From Bugula neritina (taxonomy: Eukaryota > Animalia > Bryozoa), in contig OZ037767.1 of NCBI GenBank assembly GCA_964035545.1, forward strand, positions 32,008,628 to 32,072,627: DNA of 64,000 nt, in the 5' to 3' direction. This document shows, one piece after another, positions 44,854 to 58,500 of the stretch. The notes below the pieces were generated by a model. The model saw only the letters and a program-made list of their open reading frames with translations. It was not told the origin of the DNA and did not search any database. The stretch's first letter is position 1, and every line of letters starts with the position of its first letter. The translations under genes and the position numbers were made by a program.

Positions 44854-45312
44854 CAAAGGTCAAAACTCAACGTGTTGCCGAAATAACTTATTTTTAAGTA
44901 GCCTTCTTTGAACAAATTTGAATTGGGAAACCTATAGACCAGTTTAGAGAATACATATTATCCTTATTTAAATAAACAAATGCCTGTAGACACTCTAAAT
45001 AACCTAGATAGTTTTAATTCTTACTACTCATATAGAATTTCTATGTGTAATAATAGTAGATGTTTACAGCCTATATGCTTTCAGCATGGAATTATTTTGT
45101 GAATTGATTTATTGGAAGTGCCTCATGTGAAACATTATATTATAGCTTTAAAAATAAGTTTCTGTATAAAAAATTTCCTGCTTTCACCAAAAAATCAATT
45201 TGATTTGCATATACTGTAAATACTTTTCAAGTTGTCTGATAAAAATAGTGTATTGATTGGGAGTTTAGCATTTTCAGCTGTAGAGTCAGACAGCTTAAGA
45301 AGAGAGAGAAAC

Positions 45313-47920
45313 ATGGCCAGCGGCAATCTCTCCTACCTACCTGAGAGTGCTTCATATTCCACGTCTCAGACAAGACCTTCTCAACGGAACACCTGGGTTA
45401 TAGAAGACAACACCAAACAGGACACAGAGGGAGTGAGTGAACTCGTTCTGATAGATAAACCATACAGACGAAGTCTAGTAGTGACAGGACTGCTAACTGG
45501 ACCAGTTTCAACAGTCGAGTCTCTTTATCTACGCAGACTAGCTTACCTCTATCAAGCAGCTTTCCTTCTAATACTAAGTGTTTACGTTTTCTGTTCTATT
45601 TCGGTTGTTGTACTGGAAGGCGTTGCAGAAGACCAAGACCGGGGGTACTTGATCTTTGTCTTGAAGATACAAAATGTTCTGATTAGCAGCATGAACCTAC
45701 TCATGTTTGTAGCAACTATTGTTTCAACCAATCGGAAATCGTGTTTGGCAGCCTACTACAATCAGCTTCGAGTAGTGGAAGAGACTTTTAAAAGATTGGA
45801 TATAGAAATACCATTCACTACAACAAAACGTGTGTTAGTAGTTCTATTAGCTCTTGGGTGGGCAGCAGGTTGGTTTACTGCAGCAGAGAAACTTCGAGAT
45901 TACTCTACTAGCACAGCGCTTGATCCAATTTATGATTTGTCGCTATATGAGCTGCCATATGTAAACTCCACACAGACATACCATGCGTTCAGGGGCCTCG
46001 CCATCACCTCTAACGTTATTCTAGGTTTCTATATATTCCTCCCGTTTTTCTACTTCCTGTTTCTGCATTATTTAGTATATAAGCTATTTAAAGTTTTCAA
46101 CAATAAGTTTCTCTGTGATGTCACATCCTCACCTTGTGATGTCATCAAGGATATTCAAAGGTATCGAGTGACTCATCTAAAGCTATGCAAGTTAGCCTCT
46201 GATCTTAATGACACTGTGAAATATGTTCTGGGACTGCTGGTATTCCTCTCAATAATTCAAGTGATCATATTACTGTACATGATGTCTCAACTCGTATTCA
46301 ACTACAACAGACAGGATGTCAGTCTGTTCAGCGTTCTAGCATACTATCTCGGTGGCGGAGTGTTTGCGGTTCTCACGATGGTATTTGTTGGAGACAGTCT
46401 ACAGAACGTAGTGAGTATGACTACATTTCTATCTGTACTCATGTTAAGTTTTATACATGTATACTTATTATCTTGTGAGCTTATCAATTTTTGCTTTGCA
46501 GTTTACCATTTAGGATATGTTATTTTACTGGAATTGATTATATTTGAAAAACAGTAGTATACAAAAAATGATTAGCTTTAAAATCAAATCTGACAGAAAA
46601 CTAATTTTCCTTCAGACAACAGAAGCTAAGGATCACTTGTTGTTACTTCTTTCCCGGGATGAGGAAGTTGAAATAACAAATCAACAACTGTATCAGGTGA
46701 GGCAATCACTTGCATGATATAATATAACACAGTATATATACTATAGTAATACAACACAGTATATACTATAGTAATATAACACAGTATATATGCTATAGTA
46801 ATATAACACAGTATATATACTATAGTAATACAACACAGTATATACTATAGTAATATAACACAGTATATATACTATAGTAATATAACACAGTATATATACT
46901 ATAGTAATATAACACAGTATATATACTATAGTAATACAACACAGTATATACTATAGTAATATAACACAGTATATATACTATAGTAACATAACACAGTATA
47001 TATATACTATAGTAATATAACACAGTATATATACTATAGTAATATAACACAGTATATATACTATAGTAACATAACACAGTATATATATACTATAGTAACA
47101 TAACACAGTATATATATACTATAGTAATATAACACAGTATATATACTATAGTAATATAACACAGTATATATACTATAGTAATATAACACAGTATATATAC
47201 TATAGTAATACAACACAGTATATACTATAGTAATATAACACAGTATATATACTATAGTAACATAACACAGTATATATATAATATAGTAATATAACACAGT
47301 ATATATACTATAGTAATATAACACAGTATATATACTATAGTAACATAACACAGTATATATATACTATAGTAACATAACACAGTATATATATACTATAGTA
47401 ATATAACACAGTATATATACTATAGTAATATAACACAGTATATATATACTATAGTAATATAACACAGTATATACTATAGTAATATAACACAGTATATATA
47501 CTATAGTAATATAACACAGTATATACTAGTATTGTCATATGACATATAGCATGTTCACAATACGCAGGTAATATTCTACTGTATGTTTACAGGTAAAGCT
47601 GTTCCTCACAAGACTGCAGGTTCCACAGAGTGCGACAGCTGCCGGGCTCGTTGACATCAATAAAGAGTTTGGGCTGACAGTGAGTCCGTTCATAACAATT
47701 TTAAATTGTAGCAACAAATCGGAGTTACTCTGCATAAACTTGTATCCTGATGTTGAAGATAATTACTGTATATACGGATTATACTTTGTTTCAGATTGCT
47801 GGAATAGTCATCACATACTATCTCCTTATGGTTCAGTTCAGCCAATCAATTGCTAGCTCTCAACTCGCAGCCAATCAAACGGTTATATGTGGCAGCGTGC
47901 TTTTCAACACTACAGCTTAG
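45313..47920 (+). CDS. Gustatory receptor-like (GRL / 7TM ion channel superfamily) paralog 1, about 463 aa
   Basis: Exons 45313-46410, 46616-46696, 47593-47679, 47795-47920. Multi-TM first exon, three 3' phase-0 introns, TAAGLVDINK, and TM7 signature TYYLLMVQF (TYhhhhhQF). Confidence 0.9.
46720..47530. repeat. About 27-bp minisatellite, about 30 copies, GRL1 intron 2
   Basis: Unit TATACTATAGTAATATAACACAGTATA. Confidence 0.95.
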
Positions 47921-48189
47921 CTTAGCTGTCAACACTACAGCCTAGCTTAGCTGTCAACACTACAGCTTAGCTTAGCTGTCAACACTACAGCCTAGCTTAG
48001 CTTTCAACACTACAGCCTAGCTTAGCTGTCAACACTACAGCCTAGCTTAGCTGTCAACACTACAGCCTAGCTTAGCTTTCAACACTACAGCCTAGCTTAG
48101 CTTTCAACACTACAGCCTAGCTTAGCTTTCAACACTACAGCCTAGCTTAGCTTTCAACACTACAGCCTAGCTTAGCTGTCAACACTACA
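47904..48189. repeat. 25-bp repeat, about 11 copies, overlapping the GRL1 stop codon
   Basis: Unit TCAACACTACAGC(C/T)TAGCTTAGCT(G/T). Confidence 0.93.
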
Positions 48190-48906
48190 ACGTGTTGGTT
48201 TAGACCTCAAAGTTATGATATTTACCGTCTTCTCACAGCCATTGAAACTCATTTACAGTTTCAGTTTCAAGTGAATCTACGATTCTCACTGATATCTTCG
48301 GGAAAACTTGATCAGCTCTGAAAATTTGCAAACTATTGCAAAATCAATTGATGAATTATAGATCAACCTGAATTATAGATGATAGTAAGAGAAGAGCTAA
48401 TGCTATGAAATATTCTCATCTTAATTAGTAACAAATACATGCGTAGAGTATTGTCAGTTTGTAGAATGAGTGTTTACAGCATATAATGTGTAGAGTACTG
48501 TCAGTTTGTAGAATGAGTGTTTACAGCATATAATGTGTAGAGTACTGTCAGTTTGTAGAATGAGTGTTTACAGCATATAATGTGTAGAGTAGCTGCCAAG
48601 TCTGTTTGCCTAAAATCAAACAATTGTTGATGTGTTGAGATTTTAAGAATTTAAACAGACTAGAAACATATAACATCTACTTCTAGTTTGATACCTATAG
48701 TTGATCATTTCAACACTTAATGTTACTTTAATATAATTCATAGTTACTACAAACAAATTGTAAAATCTTATATTAAACTTGTCAACAAATTCTGAATTGA
48801 GTTCAAAGTTAGCTTATTCTTTCATATATTTCTGAAGGCATTCTATCTATTCCACACTCTACTTCTATAATATAATTATATACATATTCATATACATTAA
48901 TATTAT

Positions 48907-48947
48907 GGTCACCTTTCACCACCGTGGTCCTTCGCGGGTGGCGGGAC
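48907..48947. mobile_element. 41-bp GC-rich insertion with 15-bp target-site duplication (likely a truncated retroposon end)
   Basis: ATACATTAATATTAT occurs at 48892-48906 and 48948-48962 around a 28/41 GC insert in very AT-rich DNA. Confidence 0.6.
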
Positions 48948-49388
48948 ATACATTAATATTATAATACATTATATATATGACTATGTAACTTTGCCTTTCA
49001 CGGCCATGATATATGTTGCTGTGCTATTTGATTATCTAACATGGCGAATGTTATTTTAAGCACAATTGAATTGATGGCGATTGTAAAATCTTTTCTACTT
49101 GAAACATTTCAAATAAGCACATCCTGTTGAGTCTCACAAAATATTGATTTCTGAATGTTGGCTGAAGCACGTTTTCCGAGATTTAAAATTCAGAAGTCAA
49201 ATCCTCTCTGACAACTTCCTTTCCAGTGTTACTGTATACAACAACTCTTCCTATTGGTCCAAGTTTGAATGCTGTGCCACTTAATACCCTCGCTAACTGG
49301 TATCGGTTTTCTTCTACCATGAAAACCGCTTATAGTTTCTCCGCAGATGACATATCTGCTTTCTGCTCTGCAGTGAAGTAACAGCAAC

Positions 49389-51724
49389 ATGTCTGTGTTC
49401 AACCTGGCGTACTCTGAAGAGGGTTCTCATCAGAAAGAAAGAGAGCAAAAGCTGGCATGGCTGAACCCAGAGCAGCTTCAGTCCACGAGCACGGATGACA
49501 AGACTCTGACCGATTTTGACAACCACCTCCGCACAAGTATGGTATTTGTTGGTCTTCTGCCAACTGGCGCTGCGTCTATTAAATCCCCTTGTCGGAGAAA
49601 GATCCTGGTTGGCTGGCAAGTTTTTATTCACAGCTTTCAGCTTTCTTTTGCAATATTTACAGTGTCAATCTGCTGGGACAAGCAGGTTGATTCCAATACC
49701 ACCATTTTTATTTTGAAGATACAGATGCTAGTATTCATGTTCGGTCAGTCCATTGTTAGTCTTTTGATGATGATAGCAGGTAAGAGCTCCTCCAAACTGC
49801 CATCATACTACTCTTTGTTGGCAGAGGTAGAGCAAATATTCCGGTCAATGAACATCACAACAATGCCGCACAAAAAGGCATTCACAAAACTGAACTTGAG
49901 TATAGTGGTGGTGTGGATCCTTGCTTGGCTCTTTTCTGGTTCCAGAGCAGTCGACTATTTCACTTACCAAGTTATGGATCCAATTTATGGAAAGGGAAAT
50001 GAGTCGACTATAAATCACTTGTATTCTAACAAATCGATAACCCTGATTTACACTCTGAGAGGTCTGTCCATCGTGAACTTCACTGTCATAACTTTTCAAC
50101 TGTTCTTTGAGTGTTACTATCTGGCCACCATCTGCTTTGTCATCTGGACACTATTCTGTCAGTTCAACAAGAAACTCTGTGAAGATATCAAGTTGTCAAC
50201 AGTGCTAGTACTGCAGAACCTAAAGAGCTATCGCAATGCTCACCATCAGCTGTGTAGACTGCTGTCGGCAGCTAATGAGTCACTCAAGCACTTCCTTGGG
50301 CTTGTACTGAGTGCCAACCTGTTGCTACTTGTTCTCATACTATACCTTGCTTCACAGGAAATAACGCAAAAAGGAGAAGTGATTGTAATAGTGAGCATGA
50401 TTTACTACGTTCTTATCTCAGTCGCTGCTCTTGGTCTTATTCTATTTGTATGTCATCAGGTCCAGGCTCAGGTGTGTTGCTTAATATTATATACTAGTAA
50501 TATATGTGTAATATATACTAGTAATATATGTGTAATATATACTAGTAATATATGTGTAATATATACTAGTAATATGTGTAATATATACTAGTAATATATG
50601 TGTAATATATACTAGTAATATGAGTAATATATACCAGTAATATATGTGTAATATATACCTGTAATACATGTGTAATATATACCAGTAATATATGTGTAAT
50701 ATATACCAGTAATATATGTGTAATATATACCAGTAATATATGTGTAATATATACCAGTAATATATGTGTAATATATACCAGTAATATATGTGTAATATAT
50801 ACTAGTAATATGTATAATATTCATACAGAGTATATATACCTGTTGCAGACAACTGAAGCCCACGAGCATCTACTCAACCTGTCACATGACTCAAAACAAA
50901 CCTTAACAAATAATGAAATATTTGAGGTGGGTACGATATCTCGTAGTCTGATTAAAGGTGTACAATCATCAGAAGGGCAATATTTATTCTGCAGACAATC
51001 TGAGGACGTGATTGGCTATGTACTTGTAGATGCAGTTATTTCTCAGTCGACTGAATATCCCAGAATGCTTCACTGCAGCAGGACTGGTCAACATAAATAA
51101 AGATCTCGGGTTGACAGTAAGTGTGAATGTATATTCATAGAATAAGGTAGAGTGTGTTAGTAAGCTGGGATAGAATAAGGTGTAGTGTGTTAGTAAGCTA
51201 AGATAGAATAAGGTAAAGTGTGTTAGCAAGCTGAGATAGAATAAGGTGGGCTAGTGTGTTAGTAAGCTGGGATAGAATAAGGTAAAGTGTGTTAGCAAGC
51301 TGGGATATGATATATATATAATTATTGTATTCAACATGATTTCAATATGATGTTTCCTACAGTATATGTGTGTTTCATAACCCTGCAGGTAACAAGTGCA
51401 GATGACTCCAACATGTGTCTGATGCTGCAATGCAGCAGATAGTACGTTGCTTCCAACTCTCATCTCAGTCAATAGCAGCTTTTAGAGAGATGAAAAGAAT
51501 ATTACACAGCATAAAAAGAGAGAAAAGTGGATACACTACTTATATTCCTGTATTATAATATATTTCAGATGTTTGGAGCTATACTGTCGTATTTCATCAT
51601 CTTAATACAGTTTAAACAATCGTCTGGTACTTATGTCACGTCTGCAGCAGAAGGAGAAGGTCAACTGGAAGGCAGCGTTATGCCGTGTATCTGCCCCAAT
51701 CGTAGTACACTGATCAGTTTATAG
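49389..51724 (+). CDS. Gustatory receptor-like (GRL / 7TM ion channel superfamily) paralog 2, about 467 aa
   Basis: Exons 49389-50471, 50849-50926, 51030-51116, 51569-51724. Same intron positions and phases as paralog 1; FTAAGLVNINK; SYFIILIQF motif. Confidence 0.9.
50488..50818. repeat. 24-bp minisatellite, about 14 copies, filling GRL2 intron 1
   Basis: Unit ATATATAC(T/C)AGTAATATATGTGTA. Confidence 0.93.
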
Positions 51725-51882
51725 ATGTTGTGAGACTTGTGCTGTCCAGTAACATATTCTGTGTTGTGTCTATACTCTAGTTATATACATATCTCCTGTT
51801 GTGTGCTTTGTTTATATTGTATAAAATACAACTTATATATGATCTCAGTAATGCATGACGCAAGCGCTAATTCCTGAAATTA

Positions 51883-51883
<1 letters not shown>

Positions 51884-51943
<60 letters not shown>

Positions 51944-52020
51944 CTGTGTGTTCTGTGTGTTCTGTGTGTTCTGTGTGTTCTGTGTGTTCTGTGTGTTCTG
52001 TGTGCGTGTGTGTGTGAGTG
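51884..52020. repeat. (GT)n plus (GTGTGTTCT)n microsatellite
   Basis: Seen directly in the sequence. Confidence 0.9.
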
Positions 52021-52559
52021 AGACAAACTTGGTTCTCTGGGAGTTCAAGATTTTCTAGATGCCACAGGCTAAATGCATTTTACTTTTGAATTTTGACTGT
52101 CTTAAAATACACATACTCTTTGAATTATTAGATAAACCTTAATTTTTCTTCGACACAATATACTATTGTACAACAGTACAAATATACGAAGCTATTTGAC
52201 TTCATGCACAGCGGTGAAACGTTCGGCCTAGAGTTGTCACCCCTTTAGACAACATCCGCTTTTTAACTGTTCAACAGGGTTCATATAATTATACTGTCAA
52301 GCGTTAAACGCGCTGATTGGATGAATTCAATTAGCGCCATAGCATAGTCTGAAAACCTGATATTTAATGAATTGAACATAAAAACCTCGAGACGTCTGCA
52401 GCCAGATACAACCATCCCGAATCAAAACACAGCAAAGATGAAAACGAGCTACAATGATCGTAGTCAATGAATTTGAACTTCCTCTATAGAAGGCTGGTTC
52501 CTAGTTGTAAGTTTTCTACTTATACTTATAAACTACGTTGGTTGAAGGATAACTTTAGT

Positions 52560-55500
52560 ATGAGTACAAACGACGAGCCGGTAAGCAAGCAACCAAAAAT
52601 GGCAAGTTCATCTTTAGAAGGACTGAAGAAGCATACGATTGTAGTGGCAGATACAGGAGATTTTGAAGGTTAGTGCGGCCACACTCACTCAGTCACTGTG
52701 AGTGTGACACTGACTGTCACTGTCAGTGTCCGTCCGGCGTCCTGTCACAGTGACAGTCACACTGTGAGTGTTACTATGACAGGCCACTGTTACTGCTACT
52801 ATTAGCTTTAAACTTAATGGCAAGGCTAATAATAATAGTAATTGTAAAACTTGAAGCAAAGTAAAAGAAAAAGTAATTTATAATTTAAATTAATATTAGT
52901 TTTATTACACTTTATAGTTGTACCAGTACTTATTCAACTTCAAGAAATCCAATCTGAATCACAATTGAAATACTTATGGTCATATCAATAGGCGAATATC
53001 CATAAGTAACACAAGTGTATGACAGTGATACAATTTCATTGTAATCATTATAATTGTTTTTAGTGAGGAAAGATTAGACTAGGTATTAACTATTGGCATT
53101 ACTGTTAGTATTATAGTGACCATTAGTTGAACTTTATAAATGATTCACTTCATAAATTTATTTCTCAAGCTATTGATTGGCATTTTTGTTTTAGATTTCA
53201 ATGCTGAAATATATAACTGAGATTGTATCTTTGTTTTATGCTATCACCTGTATGGCGCCCTTACATTGAAATTATTTTAGGCTTTTAGAATAATATATAA
53301 CACATAGGCTTTTAGCATAATATAACACATAACCTGCATTGGTCTTTGATAGATGTTATCATTCGAATAAATTACTATGTTTAAAATAAGAAAATTAATA
53401 GTCTTTTAATTTTTATAATTTTTAAATATCAATGAACATTATTTTATTTTAATAAATTGTTTATTCAGCATGAGAACTTTTGTATTCCCCTAAATATTGT
53501 GATAGGTCTACAGATGATCTCAGCTTAATACACATTTTAAAAGTTGAAGTCAATTTCATTGTTTGTTCTTGATCATCATGGCGATGTTATTGTACACGAT
53601 CACCATGGCGATGTTATTGTACACAATCACCATGGCGATGTTATTGTATGTAGCTATGAAGAAGTTCAAGCCTACTGATGCCACCACTAACCCCTCTCTG
53701 GTGCTGCAGGCAGCGTCTCAGCCACAGTACGCACATCTGGTTGAAGAAGCCATTAGCTACGCCAAGGCATCCGCAGAGTGAGTAATCAGTATCAGTACTA
53801 TACTGTCAGTACTACTCTGTCAGTACTACTCTGTCAGTACTACTCTGTCAGTACTACTCTGTCAGTACTACTCTGTCAGTACTACTCTGTCAGTACTACT
53901 CTGTCAGTACTACTCTGTCAGTACTACTCTGTCAGTACTACTTGTTGCTCTGTTTCAGTGATATTGATAGTCAAGTTGAGTTGGCAGTCGACAAGCTGTG
54001 TGTGCTCTTTGGTTGTGAAATCCTGAAAATAGTTCCTGGTAGAGTGTCTACTGAGGTGGATGCTGGGTAAGTGATTCCTCTCTTTATGTTGTAATATAGA
54101 CAGACTGTGTTAGTTCTCTTTGTTGGGAGGAAATATATGTAGAGTATATCCATGTTGTAATATAGACAGGACGTGTTAGCTCTCTTTGTTGGGAGGAAAT
54201 ATATGTAGAGTATATCCATGTTGTAATATACACAGGATATGTTAGCTCTCTTTGTTGGGAGGAAATATATGTAGAGTATATCCATGTTGTAATATACACA
54301 GGATGTGTTAGAAGGAAATATAAGCAGTAGCACCTGTATTGCTGTGGGATTGGCCAAGTGAATGGAACAGAATAAAGGAATATATTTAACATATTGTGTA
54401 GAGTAAGTGATGCGAGTGTGACTAGGTACATGTTGACTTCATCTTGCTCATACAGTGTCTGTATCCACATTTTCAGACTCTCTTTTGACACGCAGCGCTC
54501 CATAGACAAAGCCCTGAAGCTCATAGCTCTGTACAAAGAGGCAGGGGTGGGCAAGGAGCGTATCCTCATTAAACTGGCCAGCACCTGGGAGGGAATTCAG
54601 GCTGGTAAGGTACTGGAGGCGGAGTACGGGATACACTGCAACCTTACTTTACTCTTCTCCTTCTGTCAGGTGGGTGTTATATACAGCCGTGTTATATACA
54701 GACGTGTTGTATACAGACGTGTTATATACAGACGTGTTGTATACAGACGTGTTGTATACAGACGTGTTGTATACAGACGTGTTGTATACAGACGTGTTGT
54801 ATACAGACGTGTTGTATACAGACGTGTTGTATACAGACGTGTTGTATACAGACGTGTTGTATACAGGCGTGTTGTATACAGACGTGTTGTATACAGACGT
54901 ATTATATACAGACGTGTTGTATACAGACGTGTTATATACAGACGTGTTATATACAGACGTGTTGTATACAGACGTGTTATATACAGACGTGTTATATACA
55001 GACGTGTTGTATACAGACGTGTTATATACAGACGTGTTGTATACAGACGTGTTGTATACAGACGTGTTGTATACAGACGTGTTGTATACAGACGTGTTGT
55101 ATACAGACGTGTTGTATACAGACGTGTTGTATACAGACGTGTTGTATACAGGCGTGTTGTATACAGGCGTGTTGTATACAGACGTGTTGTATACAGACGT
55201 ATTATATACAGATGTGTTGTATACAGACGTGTTATATACAGACGTGTTATATACAGACGTGTTGTATACAGACGTGTTATATACAGACGTGTTATATACA
55301 GATGTGTTGTATACAGACGTGTTGTATACAGACGTGTTGTATACAGACGTGTTATATACAGACGTGTTGTATATTTTATTGATTTTATTTTCTGAACCAG
55401 TGCAGTAATCTACTTGTTTCAAATTATTAATTAGTTTTATTAACTGAATGTTATACTCTGCTATATTTCTGTTACAATATAATTATTTGATAGTGATCTT

Positions 55501-58500
55501 TAATTATCCTTATTCTAGACTTCTGGGGTTATTGACTGTGATGGTAGTACTAGTCACTAGTGTGTTAGTGTGTTGTCTCTAGACTACTTACTTTATGTAA
55601 TACCTCCCTCTTAGTACATCTCACTAAACATAATATAATATATATACTACTATGTGTTGTTAGAAATATATATACTACTATGTGTTGTTAGAAGTATATA
55701 TACTACTATGTGTTGTTAGAAATCTATTAATAGCAATGAACAGGAAGTGCAGTCATTCCAGTGAATTATTATTTCCACACCTCACAGAGGAAAGAGTGAT
55801 GCTATACATTAAATATTAGGCAATGTTAATATACAAGATATTAGGCAATGTTATTTGACACAATTCTTTCCTAGTTGAATGAACTGATGCAGCTTGTATA
55901 CTATACTTGTGTGCTATACACTACACTATATATACTATACTAGTGTGCTATTTACTATACTGTATATACTATACTTGTGTGCTATATACTATACTGGTGT
56001 ACTGTATATACTATACTGTATATACTATACTGGTGTACTGTATATACTATGCTGGTGTACTGTATATACTATACTGTATATACTATACTAGTGTACTGTA
56101 ATGACTGTGTACCACTGTAGGCAGTAGCATGTGCTGAGGCCAAGGTCACATTGATCTCTCCGTTTGTTGGTCGGATATATGACTGGTACGTGGCTAGAGG
56201 CGAGAAGGACTTCTCAATGCTGGATGACCCAGGTATGTGATGTCACACTCTGTCCAGCAGCTCTTTCTTGTCTCCAAGTACTAAAGAGTTCTGCAACTAT
56301 AAGTATAATATTCTGTACTCTATACTGTATATACCTGTATTATATAAGTATACTATTCTGTACTCTATACTGTATATACCTGTATTATATAAGTATAATA
56401 TTCTGTACTCTATACTGTATATACCTGTATTATATAAGTATACTATTCTGTACTCTATACTGTATATACCTGTATTATATAAGTATAATATTCTGTACTC
56501 TATACTGTATATACCTGTATTATATAAGTATACTATTCTGTACTCTATACTGTATATACCTGTATTATATAAGTATACTATTCTGTACCCTATACTGTAT
56601 ATACCTGTATTATATAAGTATACTATTCTGTACTCTATACTGTATATACCTGTATTATATAAGTATACTATTCTGTACTCTATACCGTATATACCTGTAT
56701 TATATAAGTATACTATTCTGTACTCTATACTGTATATACCTGTATTATATAAGTATACTATTCTGTACTCCAGGTGTAAAGAGCGTCACCAGAATCTACA
56801 ACTACTACAAGAAGTTCGACTACAAGACTGTCGTCATGGGGGCCTCCTTCAGGAACACCGACCAGATCCTCGGTCTCACAGGATGTGACCTGCTCACCAT
56901 CTCTCCCGCCCTCCTCGCCAAACTCGACTCCTCGGATCAGCCGGCCGTGAAGGTGCTGGACGCGGAGAAAGGTGAGGGGATATGTACAGTGTGAGGGGAT
57001 ATGTACAGTGTGAGGAGATATGTATAGTGTGAGGGGATATGTACAGTGTGAGGGGATATGTATAGTGTGAGGAGATATGTACAGTGTGAGGGGATATGTA
57101 TAGTGTGAGGAGATATGTATAGTGTGAGGGGATATGTACAGTGTGAGGGGATATGTACAGTGTGAGGGGATATGTATAGTGTGAGGGGATATGTATAGTG
57201 TGAGGGGATATGTACAGTGTGAGGGGATATGTACAGTGTGAGGGGATATATATAGTGTGAGGGGATATGTATAGTGTGAGGGGATATGTACAGTGTGAGG
57301 GGATATGTACAGTGTGAGGGGATATGTACAGTGTGAGGGGATATGTATAGTGTGAGGGGATATGTACAGTGTGAGGGGATATGTACAGTGTGAGGGGATA
57401 TATATAGTGTGAGGGGATATGTATAGTGTGAGGGGATATGTATAGTGTGAGGGGATATGTACAGTGTGAGGGGATATGTACAGTGTGAGGGGATATGTAT
57501 AGTGTGAGGGGATATGTATAGTGTGAGGGGATATGTACAGTGTGAGGGGATATGTATAGTGTGAGGGGATATGTATAGTGTGAGGGGATATGTATAGTGT
57601 GAGGGGATATGTACAGTGTGAGGGGATATGTACAGTGTGAGGGGATATGTACAGTGTGAGGGGATATGTATAGTGTGAGGGGATATGTACAGTGTGAGGG
57701 GATATGTACAGTGTGAGGGGATATATATAGTGTGAGGGGATATGTATAGTGTGAGGGGATATGTATAGTGTGAGGGGATATGTACAGTGTGAGGGGATAT
57801 GTACAGTGTGAGGGGATATGTATAGTGTGAGGGGATATGTATAGTGTGAGGGGATATGTACAGTGTGAGGGGATATGTATAGTGTGAGGGGATATGTATA
57901 GTGTGAGGGGATATGTATAGTGTGAGGGGATATGTACAGTGTGAGGGGATATGTACAGTGTGAGGGGATATGTACAGTGTGAGGGGATATGTACAGTGTG
58001 AGGGGATATGTACAGTGTGAGGGGATATGTACAGTGTGAGGGGATATGTACAGTGTGAGGGGATATGTACAGTGTGAGGGGATATGTACAGTGTGAGGGG
58101 ATATGTACAGTGTGAGGGGATATGTACAGTGTGAGGGGATATGTACGGTGTGAGGGGATATGTACGGTGTGAGGTGATATGTACGGTGTGAGGGGATATG
58201 TACGGTGTGAGGGGATATGTACGGTGTGAGGGGATATGTACGGTGTGAGGTGATATGTACGGTGTGAGGGGATATGTACGGTGTGAGGGGATATGTATAG
58301 TGTGAGGAGATATGTATAGTGTGAGGGGATATGTATAGTGTGAGGGGATATGTACAGTGTGAGGGGATATGTATAGTGTGAGGGGATATGTACAGTGTGA
58401 GGGGATATGTACAGTGTGAGGGGATATGTACAGTGTGAGGGGATATGTATAGTGTGAGGGGATATGTATGGTGTGAGGTGATATGTACGGTGTGAGGGGA

